This document shows, in pieces, positions 40,379-48,393 of a stretch of DNA of 64,000 nt. The DNA lies in contig CAWDWO010000020.1 of NCBI GenBank assembly GCA_963806035.1, forward strand, positions 31,657-95,656, read 5' to 3'. Source of the DNA: Candidatus Krumholzibacteriota bacterium. GTDB taxonomy: Bacteria; Krumholzibacteriota; Krumholzibacteriia; JAJRXK01. A model generated the notes under the pieces. That model searched no databases, was not told the DNA's origin, and worked only from the letters and a program-made list of their open reading frames with translations. Position 1 is the first letter of the stretch. Each line of letters starts with the position of its first letter. The position numbers and the translations under genes are program-made.

Positions 40379-40418
40379 CAGCCCTGTGGAGGGAGTCCAC
40401 AGGGCTGCTTTTCTTTTC
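40379..40418 (+). terminator. Rho-independent terminator after the porin-cytochrome operon
   Basis: CAGCCCTGTGGA-GGGAG-TCCACAGGGCTG (12-bp stem) followed by CTTTTCTTTT. Confidence 0.75.
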
Positions 40419-40464
40419 TAGAATAAGGACTTAGCCGCGCAGACGCGCCCGAACGCCAAAGTCG

Positions 40465-40605
40465 TGTAGAACTTTCCCACAGCCTTGGGTGAGCGCGGCA
40501 GCGGCGGGTACTTTCGATCCGGATCTCCATCTTCTTGACTATCAACCACTTACAGGCTGACCTCTGACAGAATGTCCGACTCGACCACAACGGCACCGCG
40601 CATGC
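40465..40605 (+). promoter_or_regulatory. Sigma54-type promoter architecture: UAS-like site, IHF site, GACA-N3-TGTC site, -24/-12
   Basis: TGTAGAACTTTCCCACA (40465-40481); TATCAACCACTTA (40540-40552, exact WATCAANNNNTTR); CTGACAGAATGTCCG (40564-40578); CGGCACCGCGCATGC (40591-40605). Confidence 0.6.
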
Positions 40606-40682
40606 GATGCGTGCGGGCGAACGGGCACGGTCAGGCATGGTCCATTCCGGACCCCCAACCGAGCCCCTCGGAGGTGAGAACC

Positions 40683-41375
40683 ATGGTCGTCGTATTGGTC
40701 GCCAGCATGTACATCCTTTTCCTTGCCATCGACGCGGTCCTGGACCGGCGCAAGCGCAGTCTGCGCGCGGCGGAAACTCAGGCCCGTCACGCCAAGCTGC
40801 GGGAGGCCACGCCGCGCTTCGCCGCGGGGTATGCACTCCCCGAAGATCTCCACTTTCACCAGGGCCACACCTGGCTACATTGGGTGAGTCCGGAAGAAGC
40901 CTATGTGGGAGTCGATGACTTCGGCCGTAGGCTCATCGGGACCGATAGCCGCGTGACTCCCCCGAATCGCGGAAGCTGGGTACACCAGGGCGAGCACGCG
41001 GCCAAGGTTCAGCATGAGGGCCGCGAAGTTCATCTGCTCTCACCGGTCAGCGGCGAGGTCGTCGGGGTCAATCCCGAACTGAAGAACGACCCCTCCCTGA
41101 TCAACAAGGATTCTTACGGCCGGGGCTGGATTTTCAAGATCAGGGCCGCCGACCTGCACCAGCAGATCTCCAACCTGCTCTCGGGAAGTCTGGCTCAGCG
41201 CTGGATGGAAGACACCCGGGACCGCTTCCAACGTCAGTTGATGATGGCTTCCGGCAGTGTCATCCAGGATGGCGGTGTCCCGGTCGACGATGTGGCGAGC
41301 CAGTTGGATGCCGCGCAGTGGCAGCAATTGGCCGGGCAATTCTTCGAGCTTCAGAACAGCTCGAGTGCTGACTAG
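40683..41375 (+). CDS. Membrane-anchored glycine cleavage H-like protein lacking the lipoyl lysine
   Basis: N-terminal TM; FHQGHTW, AYVGVDDF, LLSPVSGEVVGVN..L..DPSLINKDSYGRGWIFK. The ESVK lipoylation motif is replaced by QHEG. GGAGGTG RBS. Confidence 0.8.
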   Translation: MVVVLVASMYILFLAIDAVLDRRKRSLRAAETQARHAKLREATPRFAAGYALPEDLHFHQGHTWLHWVSPEEAYVGVDDFGRRLIGTDSRVTPPNRGSWVHQGEHAAKVQHEGREVHLLSPVSGEVVGVNPELKNDPSLINKDSYGRGWIFKIRAADLHQQISNLLSGSLAQRWMEDTRDRFQRQLMMASGSVIQDGGVPVDDVASQLDAAQWQQLAGQFFELQNSSSAD

Positions 41376-41384
41376 GGAGCGGGT

Positions 41385-42167
41385 GTGATGAAAGCTCTTC
41401 TCTACGATATCAATCTCTGCATCGGCTGTGAAGCCTGCGTGGACGCTTGCAAGGAGGAGAACGGTCTCCCGGAGGAACCGAGGGACCGTCTCTCCGCCAC
41501 TTCGTTCACGTATCTGACGGATGCGGGCAACGATCAATATTACCGTCACATGTGCATGCACTGTGTCGAACCTTCCTGCGCTTCGGCGTGCCCGGTGGGG
41601 GCACTCCAGAAGAACGAGATGGGTCCGGTCACCTACGACTACGACAAGTGCATCGGCTGCCGGTATTGCATGGTCGCCTGCCCCTTTAGCGTTCCGCGCT
41701 ACGAGTGGGAGTCGAACACTCCGAGGGTTCGCAAGTGTGAGATGTGCAAGCAGCGCACGCTCGAGGGAGGCGTCACCGCCTGTGCGGAGATTTGCCCCAC
41801 CGGAGCCACCACCTTCGGAGACCGGACCGAACTCATCGCCACCGCGTGGAAGCGTATTTCGGAGGACCCCGATTCTTACGCGCCCCGCGTCTTCGGTACC
41901 GAAGAGGTCGGAGGAACCTGCGTTTTGATGATCGGTCCCGAGAAGATTCTCGAGGCTGCCATACCGGGGAATCTCCCCGATACGGCGCCCCCGGAATTGA
42001 CCTGGGCCGTCATGGAGCGAATTCCGGCCGCGGTGGGAATCGCGGGGGTGAGCCTTCTGGGCATCAACTGGATCATCCGGCGACGGATGTCCTTGGCGGC
42101 GCAAAACGGAAACGCCGCGGAACATTCCAGCACTGCGAGTGAGCTCGGGCAGGAGGAGGATTTGTGA
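41385..42167 (+). CDS. HybA/FdnH-like four-cluster [4Fe-4S] protein with C-terminal membrane anchor
   Basis: CIGCEAC, CMHCVEPSCASACP, CIGCRYCMVACPF, KCEMC...ACAEICPTGA, EVGGT; C-terminal TM then WIIRRR. Confidence 0.9.
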   Translation: MMKALLYDINLCIGCEACVDACKEENGLPEEPRDRLSATSFTYLTDAGNDQYYRHMCMHCVEPSCASACPVGALQKNEMGPVTYDYDKCIGCRYCMVACPFSVPRYEWESNTPRVRKCEMCKQRTLEGGVTACAEICPTGATTFGDRTELIATAWKRISEDPDSYAPRVFGTEEVGGTCVLMIGPEKILEAAIPGNLPDTAPPELTWAVMERIPAAVGIAGVSLLGINWIIRRRMSLAAQNGNAAEHSSTASELGQEEDL

Positions 42168-43372
42168 TGAAAGCTCTGTCCTGGATGATCACCCATCCCT
42201 GGCGCGTGATCGGAATCGTGGTGACCCTCGGGGGTCTCTACGGGGCCTATCTGCGCTTCACGCAGGGTTTGGGCGCGGTCACCAATCTCAGTGACGCCTT
42301 TCCCTGGGGAATGTGGGTCGGATTCGACGTGATGTGCGGCGTCATGCTGGCCGCGGGCGGATTCACCATCAGCGCTTTGGTCTACATCTTCCAGGTGAAG
42401 AAATGGCAGCCCATCGCGCGTCCGGCCGTCCTGACCGCTTTCCTGGGCTACCTCCTCGTCGTGGGCGGGCTCATGTTCGACCTGGGTCACCCCTTCAAGG
42501 TGTGGCACCCCCTGGTCATGTGGAACCATCATTCGGTGATGTGGGAGGTTGCCTGGTGCGTGACGCTCTATACGAGCGTGCTCGCCATGGAATTCGCGAC
42601 CTTCGTGTTCGAGAAGTTGAACTGGGAGCGTCTCGCGCGCATCTTCCACCACCTCACCTTCCCTTTGACCCTGGCTGCCGTCCTTCTCTCCATGCTGCAT
42701 CAGTCCTCACTGGGGAGTCTGTTCCTGCTGGTGCCGGGACGCCTGGACCCGCTGTGGTACACACCGCTTCTGCCGTTCCTCTTCTTCGTGTCGGCGATCG
42801 CGGTGGGGCTGACCATGACCATCGTCGAATCGAACCTGAGCGCGAGAGCCTTCGGCCGTTGCATCGAGGGACCCGTACTGCAGAGCGTGGCGAAGGTCGC
42901 GGCCTGGGTGATGGGTTTCTACGCCGTGCTCAGAATCGGCGACCTGGTGCAACGTGGAGCGTTGAGCGAACTCTGGCCACTGGATCGAGCTGCAGGATTT
43001 TTCTTCGCTGAAATCATCCTCGGTCTGTTGATTCCGCTTGTCATTTTCAGTTACCCGCACTTCCGAAAGAACACGCGGCTTCTGAACCGTGGTGCGCAAC
43101 TGGCTGTGTTGGGTTTCATCATTCACCGGCTCAACGTGGGAATCACCGGCTTCGAAGTCGTTGCGGGAAAAACCTACACTCCCGCCTGGACTGAGATTGC
43201 CGTATCGCTCATGCTTGTAGCGATAGGTGTGACCGCTTTCAATCTGGCGGGCCGTTACCTTCCCATCTTCGAGACGGAGGATTCCGAGCGTACGAAGATC
43301 TGGGCTCGGGAGAACAAGCGCCTTGCGGGGCTCGAGTTCTCCCGCGCTTCTTCCGCTCCCGATCCGAGGTAA
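42164..43372 (+). CDS. HybB-like NrfD/PsrC-family membrane subunit
   Basis: RFTQGLGAVTNLSDAFPWGMWVGFD, AAGGF, RPAVLTAFLGY, DLGHP, SVMWEVAWCV.LY, LSMLHQSSLGSL. Confidence 0.9.
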   Translation: MMKALSWMITHPWRVIGIVVTLGGLYGAYLRFTQGLGAVTNLSDAFPWGMWVGFDVMCGVMLAAGGFTISALVYIFQVKKWQPIARPAVLTAFLGYLLVVGGLMFDLGHPFKVWHPLVMWNHHSVMWEVAWCVTLYTSVLAMEFATFVFEKLNWERLARIFHHLTFPLTLAAVLLSMLHQSSLGSLFLLVPGRLDPLWYTPLLPFLFFVSAIAVGLTMTIVESNLSARAFGRCIEGPVLQSVAKVAAWVMGFYAVLRIGDLVQRGALSELWPLDRAAGFFFAEIILGLLIPLVIFSYPHFRKNTRLLNRGAQLAVLGFIIHRLNVGITGFEVVAGKTYTPAWTEIAVSLMLVAIGVTAFNLAGRYLPIFETEDSERTKIWARENKRLAGLEFSRASSAPDPR

Positions 43373-43403
43373 CGAGTCGGCCCGATCCCGGGAGTCGAAC
43401 GGG

Positions 43404-45137
43404 ATGCACGACCATGCTTCTCCTCCGCCCGCCTCCCGCACTCGCGGTGGCGGGCGGAATCTTATAGGGCAGATTTGGCGCAACGTGAGCAACTGCGTGG
43501 GGTGGCGACTCGTCTTCATCCTCACCATCGTGCTCAGCCTCTCCCTCAGCGCCGCCGGCATCGTTCTGGAACGCATCCAGCGCCGCAACATGGTCTCCGT
43601 GCTCGAAGACACGGCGCGCAGCATGGGAACGATCGTTCTCGCCACCACGCACACCGCGATGCTCGAGAACAACCAGAATCTGCTGAACGACATGATTCAG
43701 AACCTGGGGACCCAGGAGCAAATTCTGGCCGCGCGCGTAGTCTCGGCCGGCGGAGAAGTGCGTTATTCCTCGCGTCCGTCCGAGCTTGGCAAAGTCGCCG
43801 ACCGCAGCGCGGAACCTTGCCAGGTTTGCCATCGCCAGTCACAGCCGAGCGTGCCGAAGTCGTCCCGGGAAGCCCTGCACGTCTATCGCCTCGCCACCGG
43901 CACCAACGCTCTGGGTCTTGCGGTTCCCATTCTGAACCAGAGCGAATGCTATAACGCGGCCTGTCACGTTCACGATCCGAGCCAAACCGTACTGGGCATC
44001 CTGGACCTCGAATTCAGCACCGAACATCTGGAAGCCGCATTGAGCGAGCAAAAATCCGGTTACTGGATTCTCTCGGGCGGGCTGGTTCTCCTCATCTGTC
44101 TCGTGGCGGGTTGGTCGGCCTACCGGGTGGTGCACCGTCCCATGCACGCTCTCCTGGACGGCACGCGCAGCATCGCGGCGGGAAACCTGGACACACGGCT
44201 TCCCCCCAGTCGATCGGCGAGGTCCACGAGCTGGCATCCTCCTTCAACAAGATGGCAGCTCAACTGGAGACGGCGGCGCACGAACGCGAGGAGTGGAACC
44301 GCACCCTGGAACGGCGCGTGGCCGAGAAGACTGCGCAGCTGAAGAAGGCGCAGGACAAACTCGTGCTCACCGAGAAAATGGTCTCCTTGGGCAAGCTCTC
44401 GGCGGTGGTCGCGCACGAAATCAACAACCCGCTGGCCGGAATTCTCGTGACGATCAAGCTGCTTTTGCGCCGCCTGCCGCGGCTTTTGGATGGCACGTCC
44501 AGCGAGGACGAACGCAAGAGCCTCCGTCGAGCAGCTGGAAATGGTCGAACGCGAAACCGCGCGTTGCGGCGACATCGTGCGCAACCTGCTCCTGTTCTCA
44601 CGGCGGCGCGAGTTGCAGACGCGCATGGAAGACATCGAGGAGATTCTGCGCCGTTGCCTCAAGCTCGTCGGTCATCGCGCGCAGCTCCAACAGGTCACCG
44701 TCATCGAGAACTTTCCCGAGAAGCTGCCGCGAATCGGCTGTGACGCGAACCAGGTGGAACAGGCCTGTCTGGTGATGGTGATGAATGCCCTGGATGCGAT
44801 GCCCGAGGGTGGTGAGCTGACGATCAGTCTGGAGCATCTCGAAGAAGAGAAGATGCTGCGCGTCAAGGTGCGTGATACCGGTTCCGGGATACCCCTGGAA
44901 ATTCAGGCGCGCATCTTCGAGCCCTTCTTTTCCACCAAGGAGAGCGGACAGGGCACCGGGCTCGGTCTCGCCGTTCTCTACGGCATCGTGCAGAGACACC
45001 GTGGACGAGTCGATTTTCAATCGCGGCGCGGGGAGGGTACGAGCTTCTGGATGGACCTGCCCGTCACGCCCCCGCCTTCTTCGCCCGACGGAAGTTCTTT
45101 GGGCGAAGGTTCTGAACAAGAGGTCATCGAATCATGA
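43404..45137 (+). CDS. Membrane sensor histidine kinase (periplasmic CxxCH-containing domain, HAMP); two apparent frameshifts (~44205, ~44524)
   Basis: TM - periplasmic CQVCH and CYNAACH - TM - HAMP; next frame EVHELASSFNKM...VAHEINNPL; third frame VMNALDAM, DTGSGI, FEPFFSTK, GTGLGL. Confidence 0.85.
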
Positions 45138-46492
45138 GCACCGCAGCCCCCGATACACTGAGAATCCTGGTCGTGGACGACGAAACCGTCGTGCGCGAGT
45201 CGCTCGCGGGTTGGCTACAGGAAGATGGACACGTGGCCATCACCGCAAGCGACGCGCAGCAGGCCCTCATCCGGCTCAAGAAAGAACCGTGCGACCTCGC
45301 GTTCGTGGACATCAAGATGCCGGGGATGGATGGACTCGAGCTGAACCGGCGCATCCACGAGATCTCCCCCGACACCACCGTCATCATCATCACCGCCTAT
45401 GCCTCGGTGGAAACCGCGGTCCAGGCCCTGCGCGAGGGTGCCCACGATTACATCACCAAACCCTTCGATCCCGAGCATCTCAGTCACGTGGTGCGCAACA
45501 CCGCGGCCCAACGCAATCTGCAGCGGGAGAACTTACAGCTGCGCGAGAAGCTCGCCTCCACCTCCGCCTCCACCCCGATTCTGGGCGAGAGTCCGTCCAT
45601 CAAGCGGGTCCGGGAACTCATCGAGACGGTGGGTCCCACCGAGAGCACGGTGCTCGTCACCGGGGAGTCGGGAACCGGCAAAGAACTCGTGGCGCGCGGC
45701 ATTCATGCGGCGAGCCCGCGCGCGTTCCTGCCATTGGTGGTGGTGAATTGCGGAGCTTTGCCCGAGGGAATCCTGGAGAGCGAACTCTTCGGACACGAAC
45801 GCGGCGCGTTCACTGGAGCGCAATACCGACACAAGGGCAAGTTCGAGCTGGCCGACAAGAGCACTCTCTTCTTGGATGAGATCGGCGAAGTCTCCCCCAA
45901 GATCCAGGTCGAGCTTTTGCGAGTACTCGAAGAGAAGAAGGTCACGCGCCTGGGCGGAACCAGCGAGACCAGTGCCGATTTTCGTACCGTGGCCGCAACG
46001 AACAAGGACCTCCAGCTCGAAGTGCAGGCGGGGAATTTCCGTGAGGATCTATTTTACCGTCTCAACGTGTTTCAGATTCACCTTCCGCCCCTGCGTGAGC
46101 GCAGAGAGGACATTCCGCTTTTGGCGCATGCTTTCGTGACGCGTCTGGCCGCGAGCATGAACAAACCGGTGCCCGAACTGGAAAGCGAGGCAGTGTCGCG
46201 ACTGAAGGAGTATGATTGGCCGGGGAACGTGCGCGAGCTGACCAATGCCATCGAGCGAGCCTTGGTCATCCATCAGGGAGGCAGGATACGCGCGGCCGAC
46301 CTCCCCATCGGAACGCGCCCCGAACCGGTCTTGGGAAATGGTCCGCACTCCTTGGCGGAAGCGGAAAAGCAACATGTCCAGAGGGTCCTGAGCGACTGCG
46401 ATTGGAACATCTCTCAGGCCGCCCGGATTCTCGAGGTGGACCGCACGACGGTGTACAACAAGATCAAGCTCTACGACTTGAAGAAGGATTGA
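45134..46492 (+). CDS. Sigma54-dependent response regulator (NtrC/ZraR family)
   Basis: VVDDE, DIKMPGMDG, GESGTGKE, GAFTGA, WPGNVREL, HTH NISQAARILEVDRTTVYNK; ATGA overlap with the kinase. Confidence 0.95.
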   Translation: MSTAAPDTLRILVVDDETVVRESLAGWLQEDGHVAITASDAQQALIRLKKEPCDLAFVDIKMPGMDGLELNRRIHEISPDTTVIIITAYASVETAVQALREGAHDYITKPFDPEHLSHVVRNTAAQRNLQRENLQLREKLASTSASTPILGESPSIKRVRELIETVGPTESTVLVTGESGTGKELVARGIHAASPRAFLPLVVVNCGALPEGILESELFGHERGAFTGAQYRHKGKFELADKSTLFLDEIGEVSPKIQVELLRVLEEKKVTRLGGTSETSADFRTVAATNKDLQLEVQAGNFREDLFYRLNVFQIHLPPLRERREDIPLLAHAFVTRLAASMNKPVPELESEAVSRLKEYDWPGNVRELTNAIERALVIHQGGRIRAADLPIGTRPEPVLGNGPHSLAEAEKQHVQRVLSDCDWNISQAARILEVDRTTVYNKIKLYDLKKD

Positions 46493-46496
46493 AGTC

Positions 46497-47027
46497 GTGG
46501 AGGGCCTCGCCCTGATTGCGGTGGGCGATCTTCCCCGGGGCTACCCAGCCCTCGTGAAAGAGCGACTGCAGAAGGAGACTTCCATGGTCTGCAGAGTTCT
46601 CGATCAAGTGCTCGATCCTTCCGTGGCCTACGAATCTGCGCGGGCTCAGTACAACTGCCGCGTGCTCCTGCCGCTCCTGGAAAACATCTCGATGGAAGAG
46701 AATTGCCGCATTTTGGGTGTGGCTGACGTCGATCTCTTCTCCCCCATTTTCACTTTCGTCTTGGGCGAGGCGCGCCTCAATGGACGCTGCGGCCTATTCT
46801 CGCTGCATCGTCTGCATCCTTCTCAGTACGGACTGGCGGAGGATCACGAACTTTTGCGGGCCCGCGCCGAGCGCGAGGCCCTTCACGAAACCGGACATCT
46901 CTTGGGATTGGAACATTGCAGAGACCCGAACTGCGTCATGCAGTTCTCAGCTTCAGTAGAAGAGGTGGATTTGAAACCAGCGGAATTTTGTTCTCGCTGC
47001 GCGGCCATCGCGCGGGCCGCGTTCTGA
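46497..47027 (+). CDS. Archaemetzincin-family zinc metalloprotease
   Basis: DVDLF...FTFVLGEA, EALHETGHLLGLEHC..PNCVM.FS...EVDLK...FCSRC (HExxHxxGxxH-C-X4-C...CxxC). Confidence 0.88.
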   Translation: MEGLALIAVGDLPRGYPALVKERLQKETSMVCRVLDQVLDPSVAYESARAQYNCRVLLPLLENISMEENCRILGVADVDLFSPIFTFVLGEARLNGRCGLFSLHRLHPSQYGLAEDHELLRARAEREALHETGHLLGLEHCRDPNCVMQFSASVEEVDLKPAEFCSRCAAIARAAF

Positions 47028-47054
47028 CCCGCGGAGTTTCCACAGGAGGGAGCC

Positions 47055-48320
47055 ATGAACCGTCAATTCTCGATCCGCAAAGAGGGAGATCACTACCATC
47101 TGACATTTCACAACTACCAGGGCCCGGCCGAGGGAAAGAGAATCGCCGATTGGCTCGGATTGGAGGCCATCGATCCTCCCTCAGAAGAAGCCCACGAACA
47201 GGCTCCGGGGCTGAATCAGTATTTCCTGTGGCAACCCATGAGCTTCCATCCCGACCTGCAGGCCCTGGTGGAAAAGGAGAAGCTGCCCAAAGTCGCCCAG
47301 CTGGTGAAGAGGATGCGAGCCACGATCATGGAGGGGAAAGAGCTGCTGCCCGATCTGAGCAGCATGCCGGGCACCCCCGCGGCAAAGGCGGGCGCCGCGG
47401 CTCCCGCGCCGGAGCATCATTCCCTCACCGAGGAGATGGAGCAGCTTCATGAGAGGGTCTGGCACCGCGGGCCCAAGGCGGTCGTGCAGGCTCTCGTCAT
47501 CCGTGCCGTGCCCACCCTCATTCTCGTTCTGGCCGCTATCCTGATGTACCGTCACATGGGTGATCACTACACGGAGATGAGCCTGGAGGACGCACTGCGG
47601 CAGGCCAACGAGCCCATCGTAAGCCAGAGCGCGCTGGGGAAGTTCTGGAATCCCGACTATTCACATCACATTCGCGTGCCGATCACCTCGGCAAATTTCA
47701 CCGGCGGTAACCGCGTCATTTGCGAGGAGGGGGATGTACTGCACTTCGAGGGAGTGGCCGACATTCGCGCCATCCTGAAACGGGCCGCCGACTACACCGG
47801 CCTGCCCCGGGTCGATGCCTTGGCCCACGAGGGCGTCCTGGAAATCCACCGGCTGACGGCCGGGGGAAACGCCCTCCTGAGCAGCGGTGTACTCACCCGC
47901 GAGAGCCGGCTCCCGCGCTCCGCGGAGAAGCCCAAGCGGGTGTCGCCGGGCATCACCGACGGATTCCAGAACTACGAAATGCTCGATCCCGAGGATGAAA
48001 TCGGGCTCAATGCCCTGTCCGGCGTCAGGATTTCTCTGGAAGGCCTTGTCAAAAAAGAAGATGCGGGGATTACCCTGCGCTTCAAGAATGGGGCGGGGGT
48101 GGTGCTGCACCCGCGGCAGGAGGGAACGGCCTGCGACCACCTGCTGCACTTGTTTGTCGACGATCCAAATACTATTCAAGTAGATGGAGTCCTGTCCCGG
48201 GTGTATCTCCTCGTGGATCGCGAGGATCCCCTGCACTCCCGGAGGAGCACCCGTCTTGTCGGTGATTTCGCGGTTTACTCGGCTTCGGCCCAGAGGTATC
48301 ACGCGGTCGATCAGAGGTGA
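47055..48320 (+). CDS. Hypothetical single-pass membrane protein
   Basis: 421-aa ORF, strong RBS AGGAGG, one central hydrophobic helix, genome-like codon usage; no family recognised. Confidence 0.7.
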   Translation: MNRQFSIRKEGDHYHLTFHNYQGPAEGKRIADWLGLEAIDPPSEEAHEQAPGLNQYFLWQPMSFHPDLQALVEKEKLPKVAQLVKRMRATIMEGKELLPDLSSMPGTPAAKAGAAAPAPEHHSLTEEMEQLHERVWHRGPKAVVQALVIRAVPTLILVLAAILMYRHMGDHYTEMSLEDALRQANEPIVSQSALGKFWNPDYSHHIRVPITSANFTGGNRVICEEGDVLHFEGVADIRAILKRAADYTGLPRVDALAHEGVLEIHRLTAGGNALLSSGVLTRESRLPRSAEKPKRVSPGITDGFQNYEMLDPEDEIGLNALSGVRISLEGLVKKEDAGITLRFKNGAGVVLHPRQEGTACDHLLHLFVDDPNTIQVDGVLSRVYLLVDREDPLHSRRSTRLVGDFAVYSASAQRYHAVDQR

Positions 48321-48393
48321 GAGGGCGGCCTTTCGCGGGATTGGTTCGAATTCCCCAACACCTGGACCCTGAAAGGGGCCCTGGAGCCGAGCA

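Noticed and set aside
40683..43372. Calling these genes gcvH, hybA and hybB (glycine cleavage, hydrogenase-2)
   Set aside because: No lipoyl Lys and no gcvP/gcvT; no hydrogenase subunits and no Tat signal on the FeS protein. Symbols were withheld.
48335..48362. GGTTCGAATTCCC resembling a tRNA T-loop
   Set aside because: No pairing T-stem, acceptor stem or anticodon arm.
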